Assembly: GCA_013239625.1 (NCBI GenBank)
Contig: MU054323.1
Coordinates: 12,941,950 to 13,005,949 of the forward strand
Length of the DNA stretch: 64,000 nt
Source of the DNA: Lama guanicoe
Taxonomy: Eukaryota
Direction: 5' to 3'
Numbering within the stretch: the stretch's first letter is position 1; each line of letters begins with the position of its first letter. Shown one piece after another: positions 13,098 to 25,865 of this stretch. The notes beneath the pieces are model-generated. The model did not search any database. It was not told where the DNA came from and saw only the letters and a list, made by a program, of their open reading frames with translations. The translations under genes were made by a program, and so were the position numbers.

Positions 13098-13809
13098 TTT
13101 TTTTATTGAATGAAAGATTGTTTAAATTCTATAGTGGTTTATAATTTTCAAAAGTTTCACACACATGATTTTACACAGTCCCATAATAACCCATTTTCCC
13201 ATCCATATATTGCCTCTCTCCACTTCCCGCTCCCTACTGGTAACCACTAGTTTGTTCACTACATCTGTGAGTCTGCTTCTTTTTTGTTTTGTTCATTAGT
13301 TTGTTGTATTTCTTAGATTCCACATATAAGTGGATATCATTACAGTTTTTGTCTTTCTCTGTCTGACTTATTTCACTTAGCATAATGCCCTCCAAGTCCA
13401 TCCATGTTGCTGCAAATGGCAAAATCCTTTATCCTTTATCCTTTTTTATGGCTGAGTCACATTCCATTGTATATATAGGTACCACATTTTCTTTATCCAT
13501 TCATCTGTTGATGGACACAGGTTGCTTCCATACCTTGGCAATTATAAACAATGCTTCAATGAACATTGGGGGTGTATGTATCTTTTTTAATTAGTGGGTT
13601 TTTTCCTGGATATATACCCAGGAGTGGAACTGATGGGTCATATGGTAGTTCTATTTTTAGTTTTTTGAAAAACTTCCATACTGTTTTCCACAGTAGCTGC
13701 ACCAATTTACATTCCCACCAGCAGTGTACAAGGGTTCCCTTTTCTCCACATCCTCGCCAACATTTGTTACTTGTGTTCTTCAATGATAGTCATTCTGACT
13801 GGTGTGAGA
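13098..13809 (-). mobile_element. 5'-truncated L1 with short variant 3' UTR
   Basis: ORF 13556-13783(-) [45 protein letters not shown] and ORF 13234-13422(-) MPFAATWMDLEGIMLSEISQTEKDK. Poly(A) end with AATAAA on the minus strand at about 13098-13107. Confidence 0.95.
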
Positions 13810-13876
13810 TATATATAGCTATAGATATATAGATATGCACACATATACATACATACATACATACATACATACATAC
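13810..13876. repeat. (AT)n/(ATAC)n simple repeat
   Basis: atatatagctatagatatatagatatgcacacatatacat followed by an (acat)n run. Confidence 0.85.
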
Positions 13877-14727
13877 AAAGGAATATGACAGAGCCGCTAA
13901 AAAAAAAGAAAGAATCTTGCCTTGCAACAACATGGATGGACCTAGAAGGTATATGCTAAGTGAAGTAAGTGAAAGACAAATACTGTATGATTTCACTTGT
14001 GTGTGGAATCTGAAAACAAAACAAATAAGCATAAAAAAACAGAAACAGAGTTAGAGATACAGGGAACAAACAGGTGGTTCCCAGAAGGGAGGAGTGTGGG
14101 GAGAGGAAAGATAAATGGGGGAGATTAAGATGTTCAAACTTAGAGCTGCAAAATAAATGAATCATGTGTATGAAATATACAGTGTGGGGAATATAGTCAA
14201 TAATGATGTAATATCTTTGGTGACATATTGTAACTAGACTTATCATGGTGATCATTTTGAAATGTATAGAAATATTGAACCACTATGTTGTGTAACAGGA
14301 ACTAACATAGTGTTGTGATCAATTATACTTCAAAAACAAACAAACTCATAGAAAAAGAGAGCAGAATTGTGGTTACCAGTGGCAGGTGGTGGGGGAGAGA
14401 GAAGGGGATGAGGTAGTCAAAAGGTATAAACTTCAACTATAAGGTAAATCAGTACTAGGGATGTAATGTACAACATGATAAATGTAATGAACACTGCTGT
14501 GTGTTACATATGGAAGTTGTTAAGATAGCAAATCCTAAGAGTTCTCATCACAAGGAAAAATTTTTTCTATTTTTAAAATTTTGTGCCTATATGAGATGAT
14601 GGACGCTCACTAAACTTACTGTGATAAGCATTTCATGATATATGTAAGTCAAATCATTATGCTCTACACCTTAAATTTATACAGTGCTGTATGTCAATTA
14701 CATTTCAGTAAAACTGAAAGAAAAAAA
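13877..14727 (+). mobile_element. L1 3' end with compound 3' UTR (Laurasiatherian L1MA9/L1_Carn-like)
   Basis: gcaacaacatggatggacctagaaggtatatgctaagtgaa..., two successive 3'UTR-like modules, ending gtatgtcaattacatttcagtaaaactgaaagaaaaaaa. Confidence 0.9.
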
Positions 14728-14769
14728 TCAGAGATACACCAATAGATACAGCACCATGGATAAGAATCA

Positions 14770-17322
14770 GTTGAAACAACAGCAGAATAAGATTGACAAA
14801 AACCACAGATGTTGGAATTACAGAATATAGAAAAAGTACATTTTTTAATGTTTAAGGAAATAAAAGAGGAAATCAACTTTGAACTTAGAAAAAAAGACAA
14901 TCAGAAAGTTTTAGAAAGATTTGAAGAACTGTAATTAAATTTTGGGAAATGAAAAATACAATAATTGAAATTAATAATAGTAGATAGGTTAAACCAGTTT
15001 CTCAGCCTGACACTTTTGACATTTAGGCTGAATAATTCTTTGTTGTAGGGGGCTGTCTGCATTGTAGGATGCTGACCAGCGTCTTTGGCCTCTGTCCTCT
15101 AGATGCCAGTAGCATGCCTCTCCCAGTTGTGACAACCAAAAATGTTTCCACACATTGCCAAGTGTCTCCTGAAGGATAATATCACCCTCTTTTGAGAACC
15201 ACTGGGTTAAACAGCAGATTAGACAGAGCTGAAGAGAGAATGAGTGAAGAAAAGGATAGCCCTGGAGATAATGCAGCCCATTCATATCAAAAAGGAGAAA
15301 AATAAAAGCAAATCTAGAACACATGGAGGACAGATTTCCAGAAGGATGTTTCAAATCAGAATTTCAGAAGGATATTAAAAGAGAATAAGAAAGAGGCATT
15401 TGAAGAGCTTACAGCTGAAAACTCTTCAGAACTGATGAAAATTATTCTCAAAATTAGAATTTCCATATAGATTTTAAAATCAACATCTCAATTTATACAT
15501 ACACACACCCTTCAGGGATTTTAAAAAGGAAAATGATACCATTTATAATAGCATAAATTTCAAATACTTAGGAATTAATCTTTTTAAAGATGGCAAATAT
15601 CTCAATAGAAAACTAAAACATTTTCAGAGAAATTTTAAAAGTCCTAACTAAATAAATGGTAGGAAATACTATGTTCATCAGTTGGAAAACTCAATATACT
15701 GAAGGTGTTGTTTCTCCCCAAACAGATCTGGAGTCCAAAGTGGTCTTAATCAAGATTCCATTAGATTTTTTTGTAGAAATTAAAATTGTAATTTTAAAGT
15801 ATATATAGAAATTCAAGTGTTGAGAATGCTAAACAATCTTGAAAAACAAAGTTGAAGACTTATGCTACCAGATATTGACTTATTATAAAACAATAATAAT
15901 TAAGACAGTATAATATTGATGCAAGGACAAATAGAACAATGAAATAGAATATAGAGTCCAGAAATACACATATACAGACACATGATTTATGACAAAGGTG
16001 GCACTGCAAAACAGTGGAGAAAAATAATCTTTTTAATAAATGATACCAAGTATTTAGATATCTGTATAGAAAAATGAATCTTGATCCCTGACTTCACACC
16101 ATACATCAAAAATCAACTGTAAGTGATTAGACCTAAATATGAAACAATAATGCTTCTAAAAGATAATATAAGAGAATATTTTCATGACACTGAGGGAAGT
16201 AAAGATTTTTTTAAAATGAGAAACAAAAAGCACACTTTAAAAAATACTGAACTACATTAAAATTAGGAGCTTCTGTTCATCAAAAGACATGACAAGAGGA
16301 ATCGAAGCTAAAAAGAAGGAGTAGATATTTGTAATATAACTGAAAAAGGATGCATATTCAGAATATTAAAAATAAATGAATAAAAACTATAAATCAGTGA
16401 GGAAAACAACCAACTCAACTAAAAAAACTGGGCATCTCACAAAAGAGGATAACCAAATGGCCAATAAAACAGCAGAAACATTCTCTGACTCAGTCATTAG
16501 AGACTCAGTAATCAAATACAAATTACAGTCACAATGAAATGACCACATATGCAACAGAATGACTAATATTGAAATGACCGTGCATACCAAGTGTTGGTGA
16601 TGATATGGAGAAACAACAACTCTTACACATTGCTGATAAGAGTATAAATTGATACAAACACTCTGGAAAACAGTTGAGCAATATCTACTGACTGAAGATA
16701 TGCATACCCTGTGACCCAATAATTTTACTCCTAGGTGAACACGTATGCACAGTACAAATGCATTCACACATACACTCATTCAGGAATGTTTCTGGCAGCA
16801 TTATCCATTATAGTCTTCAAATGGAATCAACCCAAATATCTACCAACAGTAAAATGGATACATAATTGGTGAGATAGTTATGCAATGGAATAGTATGCAT
16901 CAGTGAAAATGAATTTACTATAGCTGCACCACAGCAATATGAGTGAACCTCTCAAACATTATGGTGAGCGAAGGAAGCCAGACATGAAGAAAAAAATGCA
17001 TGCTGCATGTTTCCATGTATATAATATCAAGCTCAAAAAGAAGCTGAAATTATGATCCTTAGTGATGCATGCATAGGTGTTAGAACTGTAAACGAATGCA
17101 AGGAAGTGATTCCCGCAAAACTCCAGACAGTGGTTACTCTTGTGGGTGCACCAGGGTGATGGCTGGGAGCATGTATGAAGGGCTTCTGGGCAGTTGGCAA
17201 TATCATTAATTCACCTGGGTCCTGGTTAACATGGTTTTTTTGCCAAATCAATGAGTTATACATTTTGGCTTTGTTCATTTTTCTGAATGTGTGTTATAGT
17301 TTGTAGTAAAAAGCTTTAAAAT
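14770..17322 (+). mobile_element. Ancient L1 (L1ME-like): ORF1/ORF2 remnants and 3' UTR, interrupted by MER20
   Basis: A-rich strand with decayed ORF2 motifs (aatagaatatagagtccagaaata, tgacaaaggtggcactgca, cttcacaccatacatcaaaaatcaact) and an L1ME-type 3' UTR at 17030-17320. Confidence 0.85.
14995..15204 (-). mobile_element. MER20 (hAT-Charlie), full length
   Basis: TIRs cagtttctcagc and ttgagaaccactg. Perfect 8-bp TSD GGTTAAAC at 14987-14994 and 15205-15212. Confidence 0.95.
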
Positions 17323-18819
17323 ATTAGAAATAGTCCAGTTGTGCTTAACGTAGATCTGAGTGTGTATTCCCCTCCAGATCTTTGCACTTTTTCTACCTTT
17401 TTGGCCTTTCCTTCTGTTGGAAAAGTTCTGACTCCTTTTCCTTGAAAATCATAAAATTGACTTTAGAGAAAGCATACCTCTTTTTGAGGTGAAATTTGAC
17501 ATCACAAACCCAAATTTGACCTCATTAACTTTATGAGGTTGGTCTCCATCCAGCCACCCACTCCTATCAAATACCTTAAACAAAATATGGCTTTTTACAA
17601 CTCTAAAGTGGTTTTACCCTAAGACCAAAATGTGGATAATTTGATAGTATACTTTAAATTCTCTATTTCTTTTGTTTAACATAGTTTACATCCTGTGCTT
17701 TCCATGTTTCTGTCTGGATAAATAATGGGGTACCAACCTAAGGGAATCCGGCCAGCTTTGACTCGCTGAGAGAATGTGGCCATCTTGGTGACCAAAGCCA
17801 GCTTCTCACATTTCTTCTTGAAAAGCATGGTGTTGACATGTTTAATATCCTGTGGCACTTCCTCTGGGCTCCATAGTCTGATGGAAAAAGTCCCTGTTGA
17901 TGCCTGATGGCCAAGTTGAAATAGCAAGGCCTTGGGCCCCTCCACTCGACAGCTCTGGCTGGGTGATTTCCCTTTAAGTTGTAATAGGAATCCTGAGGCT
18001 GCCCACACCACCACTTTAAGGGAGAGCACTTTTTTGTGCCTGGATGGTTTGTGAACAAGTAAAGGTGAAATCTCACCCGTAACTTCACAGGGAATGATAA
18101 ATCAAAACCCAGCGCACTACAAGAAAAAAAGAAAAAGATAACCCTAAGGTTTTAGCTTTCCTGGAAGAATTCCAAAAACACATATTTCAGGGGAATTTCT
18201 CAGGGCAACCCTAAACAAACTGGTGACCTACAGATCAAAGACACTGTATTTTATTAGCTGCCTCCCAACCGGCCAATCCTAGTGTCTTTCTCTAACTGTT
18301 ACATGCATTTAGATAAAACCCTCCGTCTTTGCTTTCTTCCTCTGAGAATCACAAGAATCACAAATCAGCCCTGACAGCATTTGGTTTCTCATCTTCAGGA
18401 ATGTAGCTGGTACATTCTTTATGTGAAAGAGGCAATCCTAGGAAGGGGTATGAATCAGATCAGACAGAATGAAGAGTATCTTATTTCATCTGCACAGAAC
18501 AAAAGAGAGTCTTTCCTTTCCCAGCGCCTGTGCGAGTCTGAGGACTTGAATGAAAGTCCTGGCTGAGCTTGCTCCTGTAAATAGTCATGGCGGACAGGGG
18601 AGAGGCATCCACGGAGGTAAGAGGGACCACTCTTCCTGCTCCAAGACTGCTCTTACAATAGGGTCCCGATTTGCAAAAGGAGCAGTGATTAACACTGGGT
18701 TATTCTTGCCTGCAGTGTTCCACCAAAACAGACTGCCTCCTGCACTGATCCCAGGTTCTGTAGTTTCACTTGAAATATAATTATTGAAACATTATGAATT
18801 TACTCTGTGCTGGGAAGTT

Positions 18820-19362
18820 AGTGAGCCAGCTTCTGAGGTGGCCCCAGTGATCTCTGCCTTCTGGTATTTATGGCCCTGTGTGATTCTCTTCCCTTGGTTA
18901 ATTTGTTTCTAACCAATAAAATATTGGCAATATTGAAGGGATGTCACTTCCCAGATCAGGTTACATAAGGTAGTGACTTCTGTCTTACAGGCAGACTCTC
19001 TCCCTTGCTGGCTTTGATAAAACAGGCCACTATGCTGGAGAGGGCCAGGTGGTCATGAACTGAGGGTGGCCTTGAACAGTCAGCCAGCCAAGCCCTGATG
19101 GAAGCAAGAATCTGAGGCAGCCCTTCAGCCCAATAACCCTGAAGAAGCTGAATTCTGCCCACAGACACTCAGCTGAGCCTCAGATGAGATCCCAGCCCTG
19201 GCCAATGCTTTGATTTCAGTTTGGTGAGAGACCCTGAAAGATAGGACCTGGCTTAGCTGTCCCTTGACTCCTGTCTCAAAAAATTGTGAGATAATAAATG
19301 TGTGCTTTAAGTTGCTAAGTTTATCCAGCCATCTGTTAAACAGCAGTAGACAAACTAATGCA
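18820..19362 (+). mobile_element. MaLR solo LTR (MLT1F-like)
   Basis: gagcctcagatgagatcccagccctggccaatgctttgatt...gtgagataataaatgtgtgctttaagttgctaagttt...actaatgca. Confidence 0.85.
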
Positions 19363-19605
19363 GTAGATTTCAGCTGTCACCTTTCATTCCATAACATAAA
19401 CCCTTAATATTCACTAATAATTACAAAATAGATCTTCTTTGGAGAACTTTTCCACTGTTATTTCTAAGATAGTAGACTAACGTACAAATTAAACTCAGTA
19501 CGTTTTCACTGTATATCATATTGTGTTGGAATCATCATCTCCTTAGAGAGTTATTTGTGAACTAACAGATGGTCTAAGGACAAGCATTAGGAAGCCTCTA
19601 TGAGT

Positions 19606-20088
19606 TGTGTGTGTGTGTGTGTGTTTGTATACACACACAATGAAATATTACCCAGCCATGAAAAAGAATGCCATTTGCAGCAACATGGATAGACCTAGAG
19701 ATTATCATACTAAGGGAAGTAATCAGACAGAGAAAGACAAATATATGAGACCACTTATATGTGGAATCTAAAAAGATATACAAATCTTGTTTACAAACCA
19801 GAACTAGGCTCACAGATATAGAAAACAAATTTATGGTTATCAAAAGGGAAAGGCAGGGGGAAGGATAAATTAGTTCAGGATTTGCACATACACACTACTA
19901 TATATAAAACAAACAAGGTCCTACTGTGTCACACAGAGAACTATATTCAGTACCTTGTAATAGCTTGTAATGAAAAATATGAAAATATATGTGTGTGTGT
20001 GTGTGTGTGTGTGTAATTGAATCACTATTCTGTTCACCAGAAACTAACACACATTGTTAATCAACTAGACTTCAATTAAAAAAAGAAG
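19606..20088 (+). mobile_element. 5'-truncated L1 3' end with internal (TG)n runs
   Basis: atgccatttgcagcaacatggatagacctagagattatcatactaag...acttcaattaaaaaaa. Diverged TSD aggaagcctct and aagaaacctct. Confidence 0.92.
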
Positions 20089-20114
20089 AAACCTCTCTGG
20101 TCTAAAATGAGGCC

Positions 20115-20620
20115 CTAGTTACGTCATCTCCCTCTGCTTAACGACCTTCCAGAGTTCTCCATGAAATACAAACTCTTCCTGTGGCATTCATAATGTGACC
20201 CCAAATCACCTTCGCAGGCTTTCTCCCATCACACCACTCCCTGCCCTCCCCGCCGTCCTGTGGCCTGTCCCTCCCCATGTCTGTCTTCTCCCGGGCTGCC
20301 CTTCACAGCTCCCCCCACCATTTCATGTCTGCCCGTGCAAAGCCTACCTCTTCCATGACATCTCCAGGACCCCACGTCTACCCCTAAGCCAGGTGCTCTT
20401 TCTCCCCAACTCCCTTCCACCTTGCTTAGGGAACCTGTCATGTGCTGACCTTCCTCATGGATTGATTCCTGCCTCTTCTCTGATTCTGTGAGACCAACAG
20501 CTCTGCAAGGGCAGAAGTGGCTCACCGTTTTTTGTGTAGCCCTTCTGGCACCCAGAACACCACCTTGGACACAGTGAGGAAGTGGCTACCTGGTGTGAGT
20601 GGAACTGAATGTAATGAATG
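20115..20620 (+). mobile_element. L2 3' fragment
   Basis: ctgcttaacgaccttccag...; 3' end ctctgcaagggcagaa...cccagaacaccaccttggacacagtgagg...gaactgaatgtaatgaatg. Confidence 0.6.
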
Positions 20621-21209
20621 CACCGACGTGGAGAGTGGTGACAAAGTTCTACTCGAGAAGTGCTCTATGGCCAAAGAAGTTTGGGAGACAGGGTGTGCGC
20701 TGTCCCTTCAGGAAGGGCCCCCGTGGACGTTAGATGACCAGTTTCTAAGAAGTGCTGAGTGAAGAAATGGAGCCCCGGCCTCTGGCTCTAGCTTTCTGTA
20801 CTGTGGGGATTAGGGCAAGTTTGGAAGGAGCCCAGTCACATGTCCACAGGGTCTCTGTCCCTCTGGGGCTCGTCTCAGAGGGGATGCGGCATGTTGAGTC
20901 TTTTCTTGGTCAGGCTGTGAGTTTATCAGGCTACACAGTCTATATTCATGCCCCTGGTTTAGTCACAGATGATTCCAGGGTGGTTTCAGTTCCTGGTGCT
21001 CTGAATGGATATGCAGTTCCTAAAAATGCACAAATCCTGCTGTTAGGAGCGAAGCCGAAGCTGTGTTTCAGGCCGTGTTTGATAACGAGTTTGATCTGAC
21101 CCTTGTCCTCATGGGACTTTCTGCTCAAAGTCGCAGAGACTGTCTTTACATATTTCAGACCTTGGAGACTCACCTTTTCAGCAACCTTTGCTGGAGTCAG
21201 TCCTGCTTA

Positions 21210-21315
21210 ATGGATGTTCAATAAACGTTTCCTGTGTGTCAGGCACTATCCTAGGTGCTTAGGGTACAAAACTCGATAATAAACTGTTCCTGTCCTTAAA
21301 AAGGTTACTCTGGGA
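21210..21315 (-). mobile_element. L2 3' end fragment
   Basis: ttcaataaacgtttcctgtgtgtcaggcactatcctaggtgcttagggtacaaa...cctgtccttaaaaagg. Confidence 0.6.
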
Positions 21316-21929
21316 ATAAAGGTGGAGAAAAAAAGTTCAACTCAACACATTTTTTCTTTTTTTACCCTCATTCTCTGTCAACAACTCTGCTAGGTCCTAA
21401 GGGTTCTAAGACGAACACTCCCTTCCGTCCAAGACCTTGGTGGGGGCTGGGAGGGGAGGAAGGAGGAGGTCAGGTGAGGCTCATAATAGGTGTCAGGTGA
21501 GGGACTGATTAACGGCAACTGAGAGACTCCAAGTTCTGCAGGATGAGTTGCCAGTAAAGGTACCTTCCATTTTAATTTAAACATTTCTTGCCTCTAATCT
21601 TTTTTTCTTTTCTTTTCTTTTCTTTTTAAAGAGGTAACATCATTCCTCTGGGTGTCTTGAGCCCAGAGACCTAAAGACCTAATAGCTGTGAGCTTAAGAA
21701 TTTCTGTCTGGTCCCTGGCCCCTCCTCCCTGCCTTAAATACTGCTCCTCCTTTTCTGTCTCTTCGTGCTTTGCTTCCACGAAGGGAGGGAGGAAGGAGAA
21801 GGAGCGGGGCTTGCCTCCTTTCGCAGCCGTGATGACTCCCCTGGAATTCATTTTGGAGGACCTAGGGTAAAGGGACAGCGGGAGCTGGATTTGGAATCCG
21901 TGTCCATGCTGCAGCCGGGGAGACCTGCT

Positions 21930-22118
21930 GGTAGTTTTGACTCTACTGCTCATTTACTGTGTGTCCATGGGCATATTTCCTAAGTCTCTGTGTGTGTTTC
22001 CCTCATCTCCAGAATGAGGCAAAAAGAAGGCTTCACAGGGCTGTATGCAGATTAGTACTTACGTGCTGAGCACAGTGTCTGCATAAAGGCTCTGTTAGGT
22101 GCTCAAAAAATGCTAATT
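21930..22118 (+). mobile_element. MIR
   Basis: tactgtgtgtccatgggcatatttcctaagtctctg...ccctcatctccagaatgagg...gtgctgagcacagtgtctg. Confidence 0.65.
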
Positions 22119-22654
22119 CTCTCGTTTTCTTTAAATCAGGGAAGTCACACTTGTCCTGAGTGTGGAAGAAGAACATTTAATTTTTGGCTCAGGAATCCAG
22201 CCATCAGGACCATTTATTGTAGCTTTCAAGCCTGGATTTTTCTACAGGGACTCTGTTTCCTTCTCTCGGTCAGTGCAAATGTTACCTATTCTATTGGGGT
22301 TTAGAAAATTTAGCCATTGTATTTGTACCTTAAACAGGTGACTTGGACATTTTTGTTCCATTCTTGGAGAACTCCACCATCTCATCTTTCTCCAGGTTAC
22401 CTTGAGAAAGCCAAAAGAGATAGTAGTTTATGTTGGCATGCAGGATTGAGAGAGAACATAAAAATGGGTGGGGCGCATCTTCAGCGATGGATGGCTATGT
22501 GAACATTTTTGGCTTAAAACTCAGTTTTCCTTTGCTGTTGTACTCAGGCCAAGGAAGCACCAATCACTTCAGGTCTTTCCTCCAGTAATGAATTCACCTG
22601 GAGTGCCTTCCTCTCCTCCCTTCCTGTAGTTCCGTCCCCGTGACTTGCTTCTCT

Positions 22655-23170
22655 TGATTCAGAGACTGTTTACTGAGGTCCTGTTCTGGGTGGACGCTGT
22701 CCTAGGGACAGGGCTGCGGGACGAGGAGGGCAGGGGCGGAAGCAGCGGGGACACACGCATGCACTCACAGCCTCCACTCCCTGGTACCGGGAGAAGGAGG
22801 GGGCCCTGGGACCCGAGAGTCTGCAAGGGATAACTCAGACAAGTGGTGTGAGTGGGTTCAGGTCCCACAGGACCCAGAGAGCAATCAGCAGAACCAGGGT
22901 GGGTGGCGGTTTTGGGGCTCGTGGGCGGCGCTTAAAGAAACACAGGTCAGCAGGGACGACACAAGGGGGAGTGAGGGACCCAGAGGTGCAAATGGCCGCA
23001 GGCAGGGGTCCTCTCATCTCACATCTGTGCAGGTCTGACCCCTTTCTGGATCAGGTGAGCTGCTGATAATGAGTCATTCAGGGAAGCATCCCGTGGGTCA
23101 GGCCCTGTTCTAGAAGTGGGGATACAGACACGAGGAGGACGTGGTCCCTGCCCCCGAGGAGCTGCTGCTC
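22655..23170 (-). mobile_element. L2 fragments (GC-shifted)
   Basis: tgtttactgaggtcctgttctgggtggacgctgtcctagg; caggccctgttctagaagtggggatacagacacgaggaggacgtggtccctgcccccgaggagct. Confidence 0.55.
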
Positions 23171-23382
23171 AGGTGCCACAGTTCCCAAATGGGGCTGTGT
23201 GTCAGAATCACCCCGGAGCTTTAGCGCACTCGCCGTCCAGCGATTCTGATTCAACAGGTGGGGTGGGGCTGCCATTTCCTCACCTAGTGAATGAATAGTG
23301 AGCAGGAGGAGAGGAGGTCCGCGCCCCTGTTCTTCAGGCCCTGCGCAAAGGGCTTCCTGTAAGAGGGGATGAAAGAAGTAAA

Positions 23383-23576
23383 CAGTGGGGTGCTTGCCTG
23401 TGCTCATCCCAGCTCATGAGAGTCAATTATGCATACTTCTTCTCAACCTGACATTCAGGGATGTGCTGGGACTTTGAAATCAGCCGTGGAAGGATTAATT
23501 TACACCACAGACATTGGCAAGTGATAAAAAAAAATCACTGGAATATGCCTTTCTAGGAAGCCAGTTATTAAACACC
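23383..23576 (+). mobile_element. MER63A-like (hAT-Blackjack)
   Basis: cagtggggtgct...cagctcatgagagtcaattatgcatacttcttctcaac...ttgaaatcagccgtgg...atttacaccacagacattggcaa...gccagttattaaaca. Confidence 0.7.
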
Positions 23577-23689
23577 TGTGTGTGTGTGTTTTCATTTAAT
23601 TTAATCTTCACAATAAGCCCAGATTTTTTTTCCCCTGGTATACAGCAAAGCCCAGCTTTTAATGCATAGAATAACATTTCAGACTTTTC

Positions 23690-23865
23690 AAATCACTTTT
23701 AAAGATGTTACCTGCCTCTCATAATAATCCCACGAGAATAGGTAGGGCAGGGGCATTATCCCCATTTTAAAGAAACAATGGCTCAGCGAGGTCACACAGC
23801 TCGGAGCGCCAGACCTGACACAGAGTCCAAGTTTGAGCCCCAGCTGTAAGCTTCCTGCTCTGACA
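23690..23865 (-). mobile_element. MIR
   Basis: cattatccccattttaaagaaacaatggctcagcgaggtcacacagct. Confidence 0.7.
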
Positions 23866-25184
23866 GGCACTGCCTACCGGTCAGATTTCTGGTTCTGAGT
23901 CAGTGTCCTGATCACAAGGGCTGAGGGACCAGACCTGACTCCTCTCGGATGTCTGATAACAGGAAGTTTCCCCAACCCTGGCAGGCATCTCTTAACAAAT
24001 GACCTTTCTGCTCTGCTTGTTTCTGTACCTTGAATCTTCTCCTGCTAGTTCGGGGCCTACATAGGCAGGCTCACAGGGGCTCCAATCCAGGGGCATTATA
24101 TTTTGAGAGGGATGTAGTGTTGTGCCAAGGAAACCTGCCCTTGGCTGGCATTGAAAGAAGGGAATCTGGAACTTTAAAAAACCCACCCCATTAAGGTCTT
24201 GGCCAAGGCTATGGGAATTTCCGGAGAGTTCACTTATTCTAATTGAGATAGCAGTGAGCATACTTTGTTAGTATGAGGCCTGGAGATTTATGTCACCGCG
24301 GAAAATCCCCAGTAGAGAGGGAGCTAGTTCTAAACTAGTGAAAGTAGCAGCAGCCTCACCCCGCACCACAGATGCTGCCGGAGGAGTGTGTCTGAGGAAA
24401 AAGGGAAAGTCCTCATTCCCAGGATGTTGCTCCCCACACCTCTGGTTTGGTCAAAACCTGCCTGGTATCTGCTGGGAAAAGCAACTGAGTGAAAGGCTGG
24501 TCACGTCATGGAAAAGTCACAGTGAAAGACCTTTTTAAGACAGACTTTTCTTTTAGTGTCTGGTGTTCAGGCATCTGGAATGATTCTTCTCAGTGTCTCT
24601 CATCCTCTCTGACCACAACCTGGAATTTCCACAGAAGGTGTCAGATGTCAGTTCCTTTCTGTGTCCTGAAGGGATGGCCTGTCTGAGGGGTGAGCTGGAT
24701 GGAAACTTGGGGAACTGTAACCTGCATTGCTGTGGACACGAGAGGTGACATCAGGACTTCGGAGGTTCTCAAATGGATGGGCTCAGCGCCCCCAGGGCCT
24801 GTTGGTAGGTGGGAGCTGACCCCTCACCAAGTGGCCCCCACAGCCCCTGTGCTCCCTGCCACCCCCAGTGCCTGGTGCCGTGGTCAGAATTTGTTTTTGT
24901 TAGAATCCATCAACACGAGTGTTCCAGACAGCAGTGTCTGTGCAGAGTCCCCCAGGTTGAGACTGTTGCTGGGGACTCGGGGATTCAGCACAGCCAGGTG
25001 GGCCCAGCCAAGGAACCAGCCTCGAGAGCTCTGATGCTGTGAGGACGGTTGTAGATGGACCCAGAATTTCAGACTCAGGATGTGAGGGGAGACTGGAGGC
25101 AGCTTGTGTAAAACTAAAGAGGCAGCAGCAGGAAGGTGCAGGATAAAGCAGACTTGCTGGCCAGAATTTTTGAAAACCTCACTG

Positions 25185-25335
25185 CAGTGGTTCCCAGAAG
25201 AGCAGCCACCTGCCTCGCTGGGAAACTTGTTAGACATGCAGAGTCGCAGACCCCACCCGGCCGCCTGACTCAGAATCTGCGTGTTAACAAGAGCCTAGGG
25301 GCCTTCTGTGCGGTTACAGCTTGAGCAGCCTGGCT
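25185..25335 (+). mobile_element. MER5A-like (hAT-Charlie)
   Basis: cagtggttccca...gggaaacttgttagacatgcagagtcgcagaccccaccc...ctgactcagaatctgcgtgttaacaag. Confidence 0.75.
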
Positions 25336-25524
25336 CTGGATGAAGCCAGGACTTTGCCAGCTCCCCATGACTCTACCCTCCGACCAAGACAAGGTCCAGG
25401 GCACATCCAGGCATTGGAGTATTTGTTATAGTGTAAACTCAAGATGTTCACAGCAGAGAGTTCACTGGGGAAATCTCGCTGTCTGTCTCTCTCTCTCACA
25501 TGCACACAAATACATCATAAAGGA

Positions 25525-25865
25525 CCCAGAATCAGAAGAGATTGAAGTTTCACACTTGGCTTTGTCACCTAATACCTGTGGGACTTTGACCAAGTCCCTG
25601 ACTTCTCTGAACATGTTTCCATATCTCTAAAAAGGGGATAATTGATGACTACCCAGCTGGGCACTCACAGGTAGCAAGCAGTAAACATTTTACATGTATT
25701 AACTCATTTAATCCTCTGGACAACCCACACAATGCCAGCACTGTATTATTTCCCACATTTGACAGGTAAGGAGCTGGAGGCCCAGAGCTCTAACCACCTT
25801 GCTGGAGACCACCCAGCTTGTGGGTGGCAGAGCGAGTTTCAGCTCCTGGGTGGCCTGGCTTCCCC
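25525..25865. mobile_element. Two adjacent, oppositely oriented MIRs (+ 25525-25645; - 25655-25865)
   Basis: Plus copy: ctgtgggactttgaccaagtccctgacttctctga. Minus copy: actcatttaatcctctggacaaccc...tgacaggtaaggagctggaggcccagag. Confidence 0.7.

Noticed and set aside
13098..14727. Single twin-primed (5'-inverted) L1 insertion
   Set aside because: The two pieces overlap extensively in L1 coordinates and each has its own different 3' UTR and poly(A).
18346..18368. Short direct repeats (agaatcaca x2; similar at ~9899, ~29946 and ~59052)
   Set aside because: Ordinary slippage micro-duplications with no array or spacer structure.
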